Shown one piece after another: positions 12,148 to 26,100 of a stretch of 64,000 nt of DNA. Source of the stretch: Dendrobates tinctorius. Its lineage: Eukaryota. The notes under the pieces were generated by a model, which saw only the letters and a program-made list of their open reading frames with translations, was not told the DNA's origin and did no database searches. Numbering within the stretch: the stretch's first letter is position 1; the number at the start of each line of letters is the position of its first letter. The stretch lies in contig NW_027362103.1 in assembly GCF_039654945.1 (NCBI RefSeq), positions 744,001 through 808,000 on the forward strand, given 5' to 3'. Position numbers and translations under genes: made by a program.

Positions 12148-14015
12148 TTAACCCCTTAACGACCAAGCCATTTTGTAGGTTAAAGACCAGACCTGAATTT
12201 TGAAATCAGACCACTGTCACTATGTGCTTCTAACTCTGGAACGCTTCCACGGATCCTGGTGATTCAGAGACTTTTTTCGCGACATATTGTACTTCATGTT
12301 AGTGGTAAAATTTCATTGATATAACTTGCTTTTATTTAGGAAAAAAACGGAAATATGGCGGAAATTTTTAAAATTTTGCAATTTTCAAACTTAATTTTTA
12401 TGCCTTTAAATCACAGAGATATGACACAAAAAAATAGTGAATAAGTAACATTTCCCACACGTTTACTTTACATCAGCACAATTTTGGAACCAACATTTTT
12501 TTTCATTAGGAAGTTATAAGGGTTAAAATTTGACCAGCGATTTCTCATTTTTACAAGAAAATTTACAAAACCATTTTTTAGGGACCACCTCACATTGGAA
12601 GTCACTTTGAGGGGTCAATATGGCAGAGAACACCCAAAAGTGACATCATTCTAAAAACTGCACCCCTCAAGGTGTTAAAAGCCACATTCAAGAAGTTTAT
12701 TAACCCTTCAGGGGCTTCACAAGAATTGAAGCAATGTGGAAGGAAAAAATGAACATTTAACTTTTTTTCCTCAAAATTTATTTTTGTTCACAATTTTTTT
12801 GATTTTGTCAAGGGTATCAGGAGAAAATGAGCCACAATATTTGTTGTGCAATTTCTCCTGAGTACACCAATACCCCATGTGTGGAGGAAGACCAATCTTT
12901 AGGCGCACGGCAGTGCTCAGAAGGGAAGGAGCACCATTTGAGGTTGTGAATGTGAAATTGGCAGGAATCGAGAGCTGACGCCATGTTACGTTTGCAGAGC
13001 CCCTGATGTGCCTAAACAGTGGAAACCCCCACAAGTGACCCCATTTTGGAAACTAGACCCCCCCCAAGGAACTTATCTAAATGTGTGGTGAGCACTTTGA
13101 ACCCCCAAGGGCTTCACAGAAGGTTATAATGTAGAGCCGTAAAATTAAAAAATCATATTTTCCACAAAAATGATCTTTTCACCCCCAATTTTTATTTTCC
13201 CAAGGGTAACAGAAGAAATTGGACCCCAAACGTTGTTGTCCAATTTGGCCTGAGTACGCTGGTGGGAGAAAACTGCAGAGCTCAGAAGGGAAGTAGTGAT
13301 GTTTGGAGTGTAGAGTTTGATGGAATAGTCTGCGGGGGTCATGTCGCGTTTGGAGAGCCCCTGATGTGCCTAAACAGTGGAAACCCCCCACAAGTGACAC
13401 CATTTTGGAAACCAGACCCCCCCAAGGAACTTATCTAGCCCTCTTATGGAACTAATCTACTGTTTCCTGGTATGTGAATTTTACAAGTGACCCTGGATCT
13501 CACCGCAGCTCAGCCCAGCTGGGAACAGAGCCCAGTGACCGGATGTAACAGTGGTGACTTCAGTGAGACCCCCGCTAGCACAGTGAGCGCTCATGGTGCT
13601 AGCAGGGATCTCACCGCAGCTCAGACCGGCTGGCAACGGAACCCAGTGACCGGAGGTAGCCTCTATGACCTCACCCATGGTTACTGACGCTGCGTTCCCA
13701 GCAACTCATTCACCAGTGGTTCTCAGGGTGGACGGTCGATTCTTGGCACCGTCCAGGTTGAAAACTTACGGTATGTTTTTAGGTTTGGCAGCTGTCGCAC
13801 GCTAAAAGACGCTTTTTATTGCAAAAATTAGTTTTTGCATCACCACATGTTGAGAGCTATAATTTTTCCATATTTTGACCCACCGAGTCATGTGAGGTCT
13901 TGTTTTTTGCGTGACGAGTTGATGTTTGTATTGGTGCCGTTTTCGGGAACATAGGAGCAATGAGAAAATGCAAACGGAGCTCAGGAAAGAGACTCAGACA
14001 AGAGATGGGGTTAAA

Positions 14016-14056
14016 CCACAACGTGTTTCGACGGAGGATCCGTCTTCATCAGGTGG
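14016..14056 (-). ncRNA. Hammerhead ribozyme copy in inverted pLTR (stem III variant)
   Basis: Reverse complement CCAC-CTGATGA-AGACGGATCCTCCGTC-GAAA-CACG-TT-GTGG; one substitution breaks the stem III palindrome. Confidence 0.8.
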
Positions 14057-14197
14057 AAGTTTATTAATGACATAGGGGATGGGGTATTTAAATGGGAGGC
14101 AGCCAATCACAACAGTCAAAACAGTCACAGGTTATGATAGTCACATGTTACGACAAGATGACATCATATATTATAAAAAAAAAATGCTATTCATTTT

Positions 14198-15507
14198 GTG
14201 CTTAATAATAATGTATTTTCTTTTGAACATTCCTTCTTTCGCCAGGTCAAGGGCTGCGCGATGGGGACGAGATTCGCCCCCAGTTATGCAAATCTCTTCA
14301 TGGAGGCATTTGAATCTCTCTTCATCGCGCAGTCCAACCTGGCAACGGGCAAAATATCCTTTTATCGACGCTTTATAGATGATCTGTTCATCATCTGGAC
14401 TGGCACAGAGGAGGAAGCTCTGGAATTCATCCGCAATCTAAATTTGAATGCCTGGGGCGTCCGCTTTACAGCTAAAACTTCCACTACGTCCATCCAATTC
14501 CTGGAACTGTTGGTACATGTTGATAAATTGGGACGGTTTTTCACTACCACACATTTTAAAGAAGTAGATGTGAACAGCTACCTTAGTTTCAGCAATGGTC
14601 ATCTACCCAAGTGGATTCAGAACATTCCATACGGGCAATATTGGCGTATACGAAAAAAATTGCACAGAGGATACTGACTTCATTGAGGAGGCAAAAGTTC
14701 TGAAACAGCGGTTTCAGCAGAAAGGGTACCCTAAAAAATTGGTCCAAGATGCATTCCAGAGAGCCAAAACTTTCTCACAGAAAGACTGTATAAGATTATG
14801 AGTAATAAACCCGCTTGTTCTTCTGGTACGGATCTAGGTAGATGGAGTTTCGTTACCACTTTCAACCAATCCTATGGGTTGATTAAGAAGCTCCTTACCA
14901 AGTACTGGTTCATCCTGAAAGGGGACCTAGTTCTGACCAAGCATATTCCCCCCGACCTAGAACGGTATTCTGCAGAAACCGCACGTTACGGAACCTTGTT
15001 GCACCAAGCACCACCACCTTGAGTTAATGCTCCCTATCCTCTCTCCCAATTTCTCTGAACCCTGGTTGCTATGCATGTAGAGCCCCCAAATGTCTTTGCT
15101 CCACCTCCATTTTAAATGGGGTACATGAATTTAAATCCAACACTACAGGTACCTCATATAAAATTAATTTTCATGTTAACTGTCAATCCATTTTTGTGGT
15201 ATACTTGATTGAATGTGGTTGCGGCCTACAGTACGTAGGTGGAACCATACAAACGATGCATGCTAGATTGAACAAGCATCGACAGAATATCCAAAATGGC
15301 TTTCTCCTGCACAGCCTTTCTAAACATTTTTTAACTGTGCATCAAAAAAATCCAAAAACTTTGAAACTAACGATTATTGACCACATACCTGATACCGTGG
15401 CTGATCGCTTCAACAGTTTAATCAATAGAGAAAGCTTTTGGATATTCAAGCTTGGCACACTTGCCCCTGAAGGTCTGAATTTAACTATTGATAAAGTGAC
15501 CAGATAA
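14198..15507 (+). pseudogene. Penelope RT/GIY-YIG ORF remnant (frameshifted)
   Basis: ORF pieces 14198-14677, 14595-14801, 14798-15022 and 15196-15507 lie in different frames; a Cys-rich linker (CYACRAPKCLC) precedes the GIY-YIG domain. Confidence 0.88.
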
Positions 15508-15870
15508 CTTTATTTGCCTTTTTATCATCAGTGCATTTTACTTAGATGCTATTGTACATGTTTTTATTATTAATATGGGTTCTCGCTTTTTTATTGGTGT
15601 TTTTACTGGTCTACTAACCTGTTAATAATTTTATTCATTTTTATCTATATTATTTTATTGCTCCTTTTTGCACATTTTATACATTTAAAACTTGTTTACC
15701 TCATGCGGTTTTATCTCACGTTTTATATAGGTTGTTTTTATGTCTTTTTTTTATAATATATGATGTCATCTTGTCGTAACATGTGACTATCATAACATGT
15801 GACTGTTTTGACTGTTGTGATTGGCTGCTTCCCATTTAAATACCCCATCCCCTATGTCATTAATAAACTT

Positions 15871-15911
15871 CCACCTGATGAAGACGGATCCTCCGTCGAA
15901 ACGCGTTGTGG
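15871..15911 (+). ncRNA. Minimal type I hammerhead ribozyme in pLTR
   Basis: CCAC-CTGATGA-A-GACGGA(TCC)TCCGTC-GAAA-CGCG-TT-GTGG: intact core, stem I CCAC/GTGG, 6-bp stem II, palindromic stem III AACGCGTT. Confidence 0.88.
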
Positions 15912-16756
15912 TTTAAACCCGTCTCTTGTCTGAGTCTCTTTCCTGCGCTCCTAAGACCGTTTCCATTTTCTCATTGCTCCTATCCTCCATTGGAGGTTTT
16001 TGGCTGGAGCTGCAGTGGAGACCTGACATGCTTGTCTGCCCCTGGGTGGCTTCCTAAGCGCTCCTCTATGACCGCTTATCACTGACTCTTATTTTTGGGA
16101 ACATGACATTTTTTGATCACTTTCTATTCCGATTTTTGGGAGACATAGTGAGCAAAACAAGCGTTTCATGAATTTCTTTTTTTTGGGGGGGGGGGGTGCG
16201 TTTACACCGTTCCGCATGCGGTAAAGTTGATAAAAAGGTTTTATTCTTCGGGTCAGTACGGTTACAGCGATACCTCATTTATATCTTTTTTTTATGTTTT
16301 GGCGCTTTTATACAATAAAAACTTTTATAGAAAAAATACCGTAATTATTTTTGCATCGCTTTATTCTGAGAGCTATAACATTTTTATTTTTCCGCTGACG
16401 ACGCTGTGTGGCGGCTCATTTTTTTGCGGGACAAGATAACGTTTTCAGAGGTATCATGTTTATTTATATCTGTCTTTTTGATCGCGTGTTATTCCACTTT
16501 TTGTTCGGCGGTATGATAATAAAGCATTGGTTTTTGCCTTGTTTTTTCTTTTCATGGTTTTCACAAAAGGGGTTAACTAATATGGACAGTTTAATAGGAC
16601 GGGTCGTTATGGACGCAGCAATATCACATGTTTACTTTTATTGTTTTTTTTCATTCAAATATTTATTCATTCAGCCAGTATGGTGATATACTCCCCGCCA
16701 CTCCCCCGTTTGGTAAATCGGGTACATGCCCATGTTCTCCAGCACATAGAACAAAC

Positions 16757-16916
16757 CTGAAACTTCGCTCCTTTCCCGCTGTGTTCAGTACATGACCATC
16801 AGGCAGAACAACTTCTAAATTGATGACGTTGTCACGCATTGTACCGTAACGCACTGCATTGGTGCCTGATGCACTGGTAGCCGCCATGCCGCAGAGAGAA
16901 GCATCAGCTCCTGGAT
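16757..16916 (-). CDS. LDHD: LDHD exon 5 ([54 protein letters not shown])
   Basis: ttccctag| acceptor, AG|GTTTGT donor, 160 nt; highly conserved FAD-oxidase motif. Confidence 0.97.
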
Positions 16917-17007
16917 CTAGGGAATCCCAAGACACAATTGTCTGTAACATGAAAGGTGATGCATCTAGCTACACAGTCACAAAAACCAAGGAAAGCAGCG
17001 ACCTCAC

Positions 17008-17149
17008 CTACAGGGAACCACAGACCACAGTCTCGGAGATACGAATTCAGGGTCTTCCGGGTGACACCAGGCCCCACCGTCACAAAGAAATCATCAGCAC
17101 TGAGGTTAAGGATCCTGTCCATTCGTGAGAGATTGAAGCAAACCCCTCC
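17008..17149 (-). CDS. LDHD: LDHD exon 4 ([47 protein letters not shown])
   Basis: tgtttcag| acceptor, G|GTGAGG donor, 142 nt. Confidence 0.96.
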
Positions 17150-20100
17150 CTGAAACAGAGCAAAACCTGGTCTAATGTAGCAGAGGACGCAGCGTCCTGC
17201 CCGTATGATGTGGAGGAGTATGTAGCGTCCTGCCCGTATGACATGGCGGTGTATGTAGCGTCCTGCCCGTATGATGTAGAGGTATATGTAGCGTCCTGCC
17301 CGTATGATGTAGAGGTGTATGTAGCGTCCTGCCCGTATGATGTAGAGGTGTATGTAGCGTCCTGCCCGTATGATGTAGAGGTGTATGTAGCGTCCTGCCC
17401 GTATGTGGAGGAGTATGTAGCGTCCTGCCCGTATGTGGAGGTGTATGTAGCGTCCTGCCCGTATGATGTGGCGGTGTATGCAGCGTCCTGCCGGTATGAT
17501 GTGGAGGAGTATGTAGCATCCTGCCCGTATGATGTGGAGGTGTATGCAGCGTCCTGCCCGTATGATGTGGAGGTGTATGCAGCGTCCTGCCCGTATGATG
17601 TAGAGGTATATGTAGCGTCCTGCCCGTATGATGTGGAGGTGTATGTAGCGTCCTGCCCATATGATGTGGAGGTGTATGCAGCGTCCTGCCCGTATGATGT
17701 GGCTGTGTATGCAGCGTCCTGCCCATATGATGTGGAGGTGTATGCTGCGTCCTGCCCGTATGATGTGGAGGTGTATGTAGCGTCCTGCCCGTATGATGTG
17801 GAGGTGTATGTAGCGTCCTGCCGGTATGATGTGGAGGAGTATGTAGCGTCCTGCCCGTATGATGTGGCTGTGTATGCAGCGTCCTGCCCGTATGATGTGG
17901 AGGTGTATGTAGCGTCCTGCCCGTATGACGTGGAGGAGTATGTAGCGTCCTGCCTGTATGACATGGCGGTGTATGTAGCGTCCTGCCCGTATGATGTGGA
18001 GGTGCATGTAGCGTCCTGCCCGTATGATGTGGAGGAGTATGTAGCGTCCTGCCCGTATGAAGTGGAGGAGTATGTAGCATCCTGCCGGTATGAAGTGGAG
18101 GAGTATGTAGCATCCTGCCCGTATGATGTGGAGGAGTATGTAGCGTCCTGCCCGTATGAAGTGGAGGAGTACGTAGCGTCCTGCCGGTATGATGTGGATG
18201 TGTATGTAGCGTCCTGCCCGTATGATGTGGAGGAGTATGTAGCGTCCTGCCCGTATGATGTGGAGGTGTATGTAGTGTCCTGCCGGTATGATGTGGAGGT
18301 GTATGTAGCATCCTGCCCGTATGATGTGGAGGAGTATGTAGCGTCCTGCCCGTATGATGTGGAGGTGTATGCAGCGTCCTGCCGGTATGATGTGGAGGTG
18401 TATGTAGCGTCCTGTCTGTATGATGTAGAGGTATATGTAGCGTCCTGCCGGTATGATGTGGAGGTATATGCAGCGTCCTGCCGGTATGATGTGGAGGTGT
18501 ATGTAGCGTCCTGCCCGTATGATGTGGAGGAGTATGTAGCGTCCTGCCCGTATGATGTGGAGGTGTATGTAGCGTCCTGCCCGTATGATGTGGAGGTATA
18601 TGCAGCGTCCTGCCCGTATGATGTGGAGGTGTATGTAGCGTCCTGCCTGTATGATGTGGAGGAGTATGCAGCGTCCTGCCTGTATGATGTGGAGGTATAT
18701 GTAGCGTCCTGCATGTATGATGTGGAGGAGTATGCAGCGTCCTGCCTGTATGATGTGGAGGTGTATGTAGCGTCCTGCCTGTATGATGTGGAGGTGTATG
18801 TAGCGTCCTGCCCGTATGATGTGGAGGTGTATGTAGCGTGTATGATGTGGAGGAGTATGCAGTGTACTGCCCGTATGATGTGGAGGTATATGCAGCGTCC
18901 TGCCGGTATGATGTGGAGGTGTATGCAGCATCCGGCCTGTATGATGTGGAGGTATATGCAGCGTCCTGCCCGTATGATGTGGAGGTGTATGCAGCGTCCT
19001 GCCCGTATGATGTGGAGGTGTATGCAGCGTCCTGCCTGTATGATGTGGAGGTATATGCAGCGTCCTGCCGGTATGATGTGTATGCAGCGTCCTGCCTGTA
19101 TGATGTGGAGGTGTATGTAGCGTCCTGCCTGTATGATGTGGAGGTGTATGTAGCGTCCTGCCTGTATGATGTGTATGCAGCGTCCTGCCTGTATGATGTG
19201 GAGGAGTATGTAGCGTCCTGCCTGTATGATGTGGAGGTGTATGTAGCGTCCTGCCTGTATGATGTGGAGGTGTATGTAGCGTCCTGCCTGTATGATGTGG
19301 AGGTGTATGTAGCGTCCTGCCTGTATGATGTGTATGCAGCGTCCTGCCTGTATGATGTGGAGGAGTATGTAGCGTCCTGTCTGTATGATGTGGAGGTGTA
19401 TGTATCGTCCTGCCTGTATGATGTGGAGGTATATGCAGCGTCCTGCCCGTATGATGTGGAGGTGTATGCAGCGTCCTGCCCGTATGATGTGGAGGTGTAT
19501 GCAGCGTCCTGCCTGTATGATGTGTATGCAGCGTCCTGCCTGTATGATGTGGAGGAGTATGTAGCGTCCTGTCTGTATGATGTGGAGGTGTATGTATCGT
19601 CCTGCCTGTATGATGTGGAGGTATATGCAGCGTCCTGCCCGTATGATGTGGAGGTGTATGCAGCGTCCTGCCCGTATGATGTGGAGGTGTATGCAGCGTC
19701 CTGCCTGTATGATGTGGAGGTATATGCAGCGTCCTGCCGGTATGATGTGGAGGTGTATGTAGCGTCCTGCCCGTATGATGTAGAGGTGTATGTAGCGTCC
19801 TGCCCGTATGTGGAGGAGTATGTAGCGTCCTGCCCGTATGTGGAGGTGTATGTAGCGTCCTGCCCGTATGATGTGGCGGTGTATGCAGCGTCCTGCCGGT
19901 ATGATGTGGAGGAGTATGTAGCATCCTGCCCGTATGATGTGGAGGTGTATGCAGCGTCCTGCCCGTATGATGTGGAGGTGTATGCAGCGTCCTGCCCGTA
20001 TGATGTAGAGGTATATGTAGCGTCCTGCCCGTATGATGTGGAGGTGTATGTAGCGTCCTGCCCATATGATGTGGAGGTGTATGCAGCGTCCTGCCCGTAT

Positions 20101-23100
20101 GATGTGGCTGTGTATGCAGCGTCCTGCCCATATGATGTGGAGGTGTATGCTGCGTCCTGCCCGTATGATGTGGAGGTGTATGTAGCGTCCTGCCCGTATG
20201 ATGTGGAGGTGTATGTAGCGTCCTGCCGGTATGATGTGGAGGAGTATGTAGCGTCCTGCCCGTATGATGTGGCTGTGTATGCAGCGTCCTGCCCGTATGA
20301 TGTGGAGGTGTATGTAGCGTCCTGCCCGTATGACGTGGAGGAGTATGTAGCGTCCTGCCCGTATGACATGGCGGTGTATGTAGCGTCCTGCCCGTATGAT
20401 GTGGAGGTGCATGTAGCGTCCTGCCCGTATGATGTGGAGGAGTATGTAGCGTCCTGCCCGTATGAAGTGGAGGAGTATGTAGCATCCTGCCGGTATGAAG
20501 TGGAGGAGTATGTAGCATCCTGCCCGTATGATGTGGAGGAGTATGTAGCGTCCTGCCCGTATGAAGTGGAGGAGTACGTAGCGTCCTGCCGGTATGATGT
20601 GGAGGTGTATGTAGCGTCCTGCCCGTATGATGTGGAGGAGTATGTAGCGTCCTGCCCGTATGATGTGGAGGTGTATGTAGTGTCCTGCCGGTATGATGTG
20701 GAGGTGTATGTAGCATCCTGCCCGTATGATGTGGAGGAGTATGTAGCGTCCTGCCCGTATGATGTGGAGGTGTATGCAGCGTCCTGCCGGTATGATGTGG
20801 AGGTGTATGTAGCGTCCTGCCGGTATGATGTGGAGGTGTATGTAGCGTCCTGCCCGTATGATGTGGAGGAGTATGTAGCGTCCTGCCCGTATGATGTGGA
20901 GGTGTATGTAGCGTCCTGCCCGTATGATGTGGAGGTATATGCAGCGTCCTGCCCGTATGATGTGGAGGTGTATGTAGCGTCCTGCCTGTATGATGTGGAG
21001 GAGTATGCAGCGTCCTGCCTGTATGATGTGGAGGTATATGTAGCGTCCTGCCTGTATGATGTGGAGGAGTATGCAGCGTCCTGCCTGTATGATGTGGAGG
21101 TGTATGTAGCGTCCTGCCTGTATGATGTGGAGGTGTATGTAGCGTCCTGCCCGTATGATGTGGAGGTGTATGTAGCGTGTATGATGTGGAGGAGTATGCA
21201 GTGTACTGCCCGTATGATGTGGAGGTATATGCAGCGTCCTGCCGGTATGATGTGGAGGTGTATGCAGCATCCGGCCTGTATGATGTGGAGGTATATGCAG
21301 CGTCCTGCCCGTATGATGTGGAGGTGTATGCAGCGTCCTGCCCGTATGATGTGGAGGTGTATGCAGCGTCCTGCCTGTATGATGTGGTGGTATATGCAGC
21401 GTCCTGCCGGTATGATGTGGAGGTGTATGTAGCGTCCTGCCTGTATGATGTGGAGGTGTATGTAGCGTCCTGCCTGTATGATGTGTATGCAGCGTCCTGC
21501 CTGTATGATGTGGAGGAGTATGTAGCGTCCTGCCTGTATGATGTGGAGGTGTATGTAGCGTCCTGCCTGTATGATGTGGAGGTGTATGTAGCGTCCTGCC
21601 TGTATGATGTGGAGGTGTATGTAGCGTCCTGCCTGTATGATGTGTATGCAGCGTCCTGCCTGTATGATGTGGAGGAGTATGTAGCGTCCTGTCTGTATGA
21701 TGTGGAGGTGTATGTATCGTCCTGCCTGTATGATGTGGAGGTATATGCAGCGTCCTGCCCGTATGATGTGGAGGTGTATGCAGCGTCCTGCCCGTATGAT
21801 GTGGAGGTGTATGCAGCGTCCTGCCTGTATGATGTGGAGGTATATGCAGCGTCCTGCCGGTATGATGTGGAGGTGTATGTAGCGTCCTGCCTGTATGATG
21901 TGGAGGTGTATGTAGCGTCCTGCCTGTATGATGTGTATGCAGCGTCCTGCCTGTATGATGTGGAGGAGTATGTAGCGTCCTGTCTGTATGATGTGGAGGT
22001 GTATGTATCGTCCTGCCTGTATGATGTGGAGGTGTATGTAGCGTCCTGCCTGTATGATGTGGAGGTGTATGCAGCGTCCTGCCTGTATGATGTGGAGGTG
22101 TATGCAGCGTCCTGCCTGTATGATGTGTATGCAGCGTCCTGCCTGTATGATGTGTATGCAGCGTCCTGCCTGTATGATGTGTATGCAGCGTCCTGCCTGT
22201 ATGATGTGGAGGTGTATGTAGCGTTCTGTCTGTATGATGTGGAGGTGTATGTATCGTCCTGCCTGTATGATGTGAAGGTGTATGTAGCGTCCTGCCTGTA
22301 TGATGTGGAGGTGTATGCAGCGTCCTGCCTGTATGATGTGGAGGAGTATGCAGTGTCCTGCCTGTATGATGTGGAGGTGTATGCAGCGTCCTGCCTGTAT
22401 GATGTGGAGGTGTATGTAGCGTCCTGTCTGTATGATGTGGAGGTGTATGCAGCGTCCTGCCTGTATGATGTGGAGGTGTATGCAGCGTCCTGCCGGTATG
22501 ATGTGGAGGTGTATGCAGCGTCCTGCCGGTATGATGTGGAGGTGTATGTAGCGTCCTGTCTGTATGATGTGGAGGTATATGCAGCGTCCTGCCTGTATGA
22601 TGTGGAGGTGTATGTAGCGTCCTGCCGGTATGATGTGGAGGTGTATGCAGCGTCCTGCCGGTATGATGTGGAGGTGTATGCAGCGTCCTGCCGGTATGAT
22701 GTGGAGGTGTATGTAGCGTCCTGTCGGTATGATGTGGAGGTATATGTAGCGTCCTGCCTGTATGATGTGGAGGTGTATGTAGCGTCCTGCCGGTATGATG
22801 TGGAGGTGTATGCAGCGTCCTGCCGGTATGATGTGGAGGTGTATGCAGCGTCCTGCCTGTATGATGTGGAGGTGTATGTAGCGTCCTGTCGGTATGATGT
22901 GGAGGTATATGTAGCGTCCTGCCTGTATGATGTGGAGGAGTATGCAGCGTCCTGCCTGTATGATGTGGCGGTGTACGTAGCGTCCTGCCTGTATGATGTG
23001 GAGGTGTATGTATCGTCCTGTCGGTATGATGTGGAGGTATATGTAGCGTCCTGCCTGTATGATGTGGAGGAGTATGCAGCGTCCTGCCTGTATGATGTGG

Positions 23101-26100
23101 CGGTGTACGTAGCGTCCTGCCTGTATGATGTGGAGGTGTATGTAGCGTCCTGCCTGTATGATGTGGAGGTGTATGTAGCGTCCTGTCGGTATGATGTGGA
23201 GGTATATGTAGCGTCCTGCCTGTATGATGTGGAGGAGTATGCAGCGTCCTGCCTGTATGATGTGGAGGTGTATGTAGCGTCCTGCCTGTATGATGTGGAG
23301 GTGTATGTAGCGTCCTGTCGGTATGATGTGGAGGTATATGTAGCGTCCTGCCTGTATGATGTGGAGGAGTATGCAGCGTCCTGCCTGTATGATGTGGCGG
23401 TGTACGTAGCGTCCTGCCTGTATGATGTGGAGGTGTATGTAGCGTCCTGCCTGTATGATGTGGAGGTGTATGTAGCGTCCTGTCGGTATGATGTGGAGGT
23501 ATATGTAGCGTCCTGCCTGTATGATGTGGAGGAGTATGCAGCGTCCTGCCTGTATGATGTGGAGGTATATGTAGCGTCCTGTCTGTATGATGTGGAGGTA
23601 TATGCAGCGTCCTGCCTGTATGATGTGGAGGTATATGTAGCGTCCTGCCTGTATGATGTGGAGGAGTATGCAGCGTCCTGCCTGTATGATGTGGCGGTGT
23701 ACGTAGCGTCCTGCCTGTATGATGTGGAGGTATATGTAGCGTCCTGTCGGTATGATGTGGAGGTATATGTAGCGTCCTGCCTGTATGATGTGGAGGAGTA
23801 TGCAGCGTCCTGCCTGTATGATGTGGAGGTGTATGCAGCGTCCTGCCTGTATGATGTGGAGGTGTATGTAGCGTCCTGCCTGTATGATGTGGAGGTGTAT
23901 GTAGCGTCCTGCCCGTATGATGTGGAGGTATATGCAGCGTCCTGCCGGTATGATGTGGAGGTATATGCAGCGTCCTGCCGGTATGATGTGGAGGTATATG
24001 CAGCGTCCTGCCGGTATGATGTGGAGGTATATGCAGCGTCCTGCCTGTATGATGTGGAGGTGTATGCAGCGTCCTGCCGGTATGATGTGGAGGTATATGC
24101 AGCGTCCTGCCTGTATGATGTGGAGGTGTATGCAGCGTCCTGCCGGTATGATGTGGAGGTATATGCAGCGTCCTGCCTGTATGATGTGGAGGTGTATGTA
24201 GCCTCCTGCCGGTATGATGTGGAGGTGTATGTAGCGTCCTGTCGGTATGATGTGGCTGTGTACGCAGCGTCCTGCCGGTATGATGTGGAGGTGTATGCAG
24301 TGTCCTGCCGGTATGATGTGGCGGTGTATGCAGCGTCCTGCCGGTATGATGTGGAGGTGTATGCAGCGTCCTGCCGGTATGATGTGGAGGTGTATGCAGC
24401 GTCCTGTCGGTAATGCAGCAGAGGACGCAGCGTCCTGCCTGTATGATGTGGAGGTGTATGTAGGGTCCTGCCCGTATGATGTGGCGGTGTATGTAGCGTC
24501 CCGCCGGTATGATGTGGCGGTGTATGCAGCGTCCTGCCGGTATGATGTGGAGGTGTATGCAGCGTCCTGCCGGTATGATGTGGAGGTGTATGCAGCGTCC
24601 TGCCGGTATGATGTGGAGGTGTATGTAGGGTCCTGCCGGTATGATGTGGCTGTGTATGCAGCGTCCTGCCGGTAATGCAGCGTCCTGTTGGTATGATGTG
24701 GAGGTGTATGTAGCGTTCTGCCGGTATGATGAGGAGGTGTATGTAGCGTCCTGCAGGTAATATAGCGGTGTACGCAGGGTCCTGCAGGTATGATGTGGCG
24801 GTGTACGCAACGTCCTTTCAGTATGATGTGGAGGTGTGTGTAGCATCCTGCAGGTATGATGTGGCGGTGTACGTAGCGTCCTGCCCATATGATGCGGCGG
24901 TGTATGCAGCGTCCTGCAGGTAATGTAGCGGTGTACGCAGCATCCTGCCGGTATGATTTGGAGGTGTATGTAGGGTCCTGCCGGTATGATTTGGAGGTGT
25001 ATGTAGGGTCCTGCCGGTATGATGTGGCTGTCTATGCAGCGTCCTGCCGGTAATGCAGCAGAGGACGCAGCGCCCTGTCGGTATGATGTGGAGGTGTATG
25101 TAGCGTCCTGCAGGTAATGTAGTGGTGTACGCAGGGTCCTGCAGGTAATGTAGCGGTGTACGCAGGGTCCTGCAGGTATGATGTAGTGGTGTACACAGCG
25201 TCATGCTGGAATGATGTGGCGGTGTATGCAGCGTCCTGCAGGTAATGTAGCGGTGTACGCAGGGTCCTGCAGGTATGATATGGCGGTGTACGCAGCGTCC
25301 TGAAGGTATGATGTGGCGGTGTATGCAGCGTCCTGCCGGTATGATGTAGAGGTGTATGCAGCGTCCTGCCGGTATGATGTGGAGGTGTATGTAGCGTTCT
25401 GCCGGTATGATGTGAAGGTGTATGTAGCATCCTGCCGGTATGATGAGGAGGTGTATGCAGCGTCCTGCAGGTAATATAGCGGTGTACGCAGGGTCCTGCA
25501 GGTATGATGTGGCTGTGTACGCAGCGTCCTTTCAGTATGATGTGGAGGTGTATGTAGCATCCTGCAGGTATGATGTGGCGGTGTACGTAGCGTCCTGCCC
25601 ATATGATGTGGAGGTGTATGTAGCGTCCTGCCAGTATGATGTGGCGGTGTACGTAGCGTCCTGCCCATATGATGTGGAGGTGTATGTAGCATCCTGCAGG
25701 TATGATGTGGCGGTGTACGTAGCGTCCTGCCCATATGATGTGGCGGTGTACGCAGCGTCCTGCCGGTATGATGTGGCGGTGTATGCAGCGTCCTGCAGGT
25801 ATGATGTGGCGGTGTATGTAGCATCCTGCAGGTATGATGTGGCGGTGTACGTAGCGTCCTGCCCATATGATGTGGAGGTGTATGCAGCGTCCTGCAGGTA
25901 ATGTAGCGGTGTACGCAGGGTCCTGCAGGTATGATGTGGCGGTGTATGCAGCGTCCTGCCGGTATGATGTGGCTGTCTATGCAGCGTCCTGCCGGTAATG
26001 CAGCAGAGGACGCAGCGCCCTGTCGGTATGATGTGGAAGTGTATGTAGCGTCCTGCAGGTAATGTAGCGGTGTACGCAGGGTCCTGCAGGTAATGTAGCG

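Larger units (their letters stand above)
13953..16096 (+). mobile_element. Penelope-like retroelement, 5'-truncated, with inverted pLTR copy
   Basis: RT motifs (QVKGCAMGTRFAPSYANLFM; YRRFIDDLFIIW), GIY-YIG endonuclease (VVYLIECGCGLQYVG...RESFWIFKLGTLAPEGLN); 13951-14184 is an inverted copy of 15745-15983; flanking GGGAACAT duplication at 13945-13952 and 16097-16104. Confidence 0.92.
12152..16665. mobile_element. Non-autonomous piggyBac-like DNA element, interrupted by a Penelope-like insertion, right end probably truncated
   Basis: Begins TTAA|CCCCTTAACGACC at 12148-12164 exactly where the CR1 fragment stops; AT-rich body with internal duplicated blocks (~12995-13080 and ~13355-13438). No transposase seen; right TIR not confirmed. 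Confidence 0.6.

Noticed and set aside
16561-16580. AAGGGGTTAA as right TIR of the piggyBac-like element
   Set aside because: The match to the left end is only ~10 bp and similar AT-rich element-like sequence continues beyond it, so it is probably internal.
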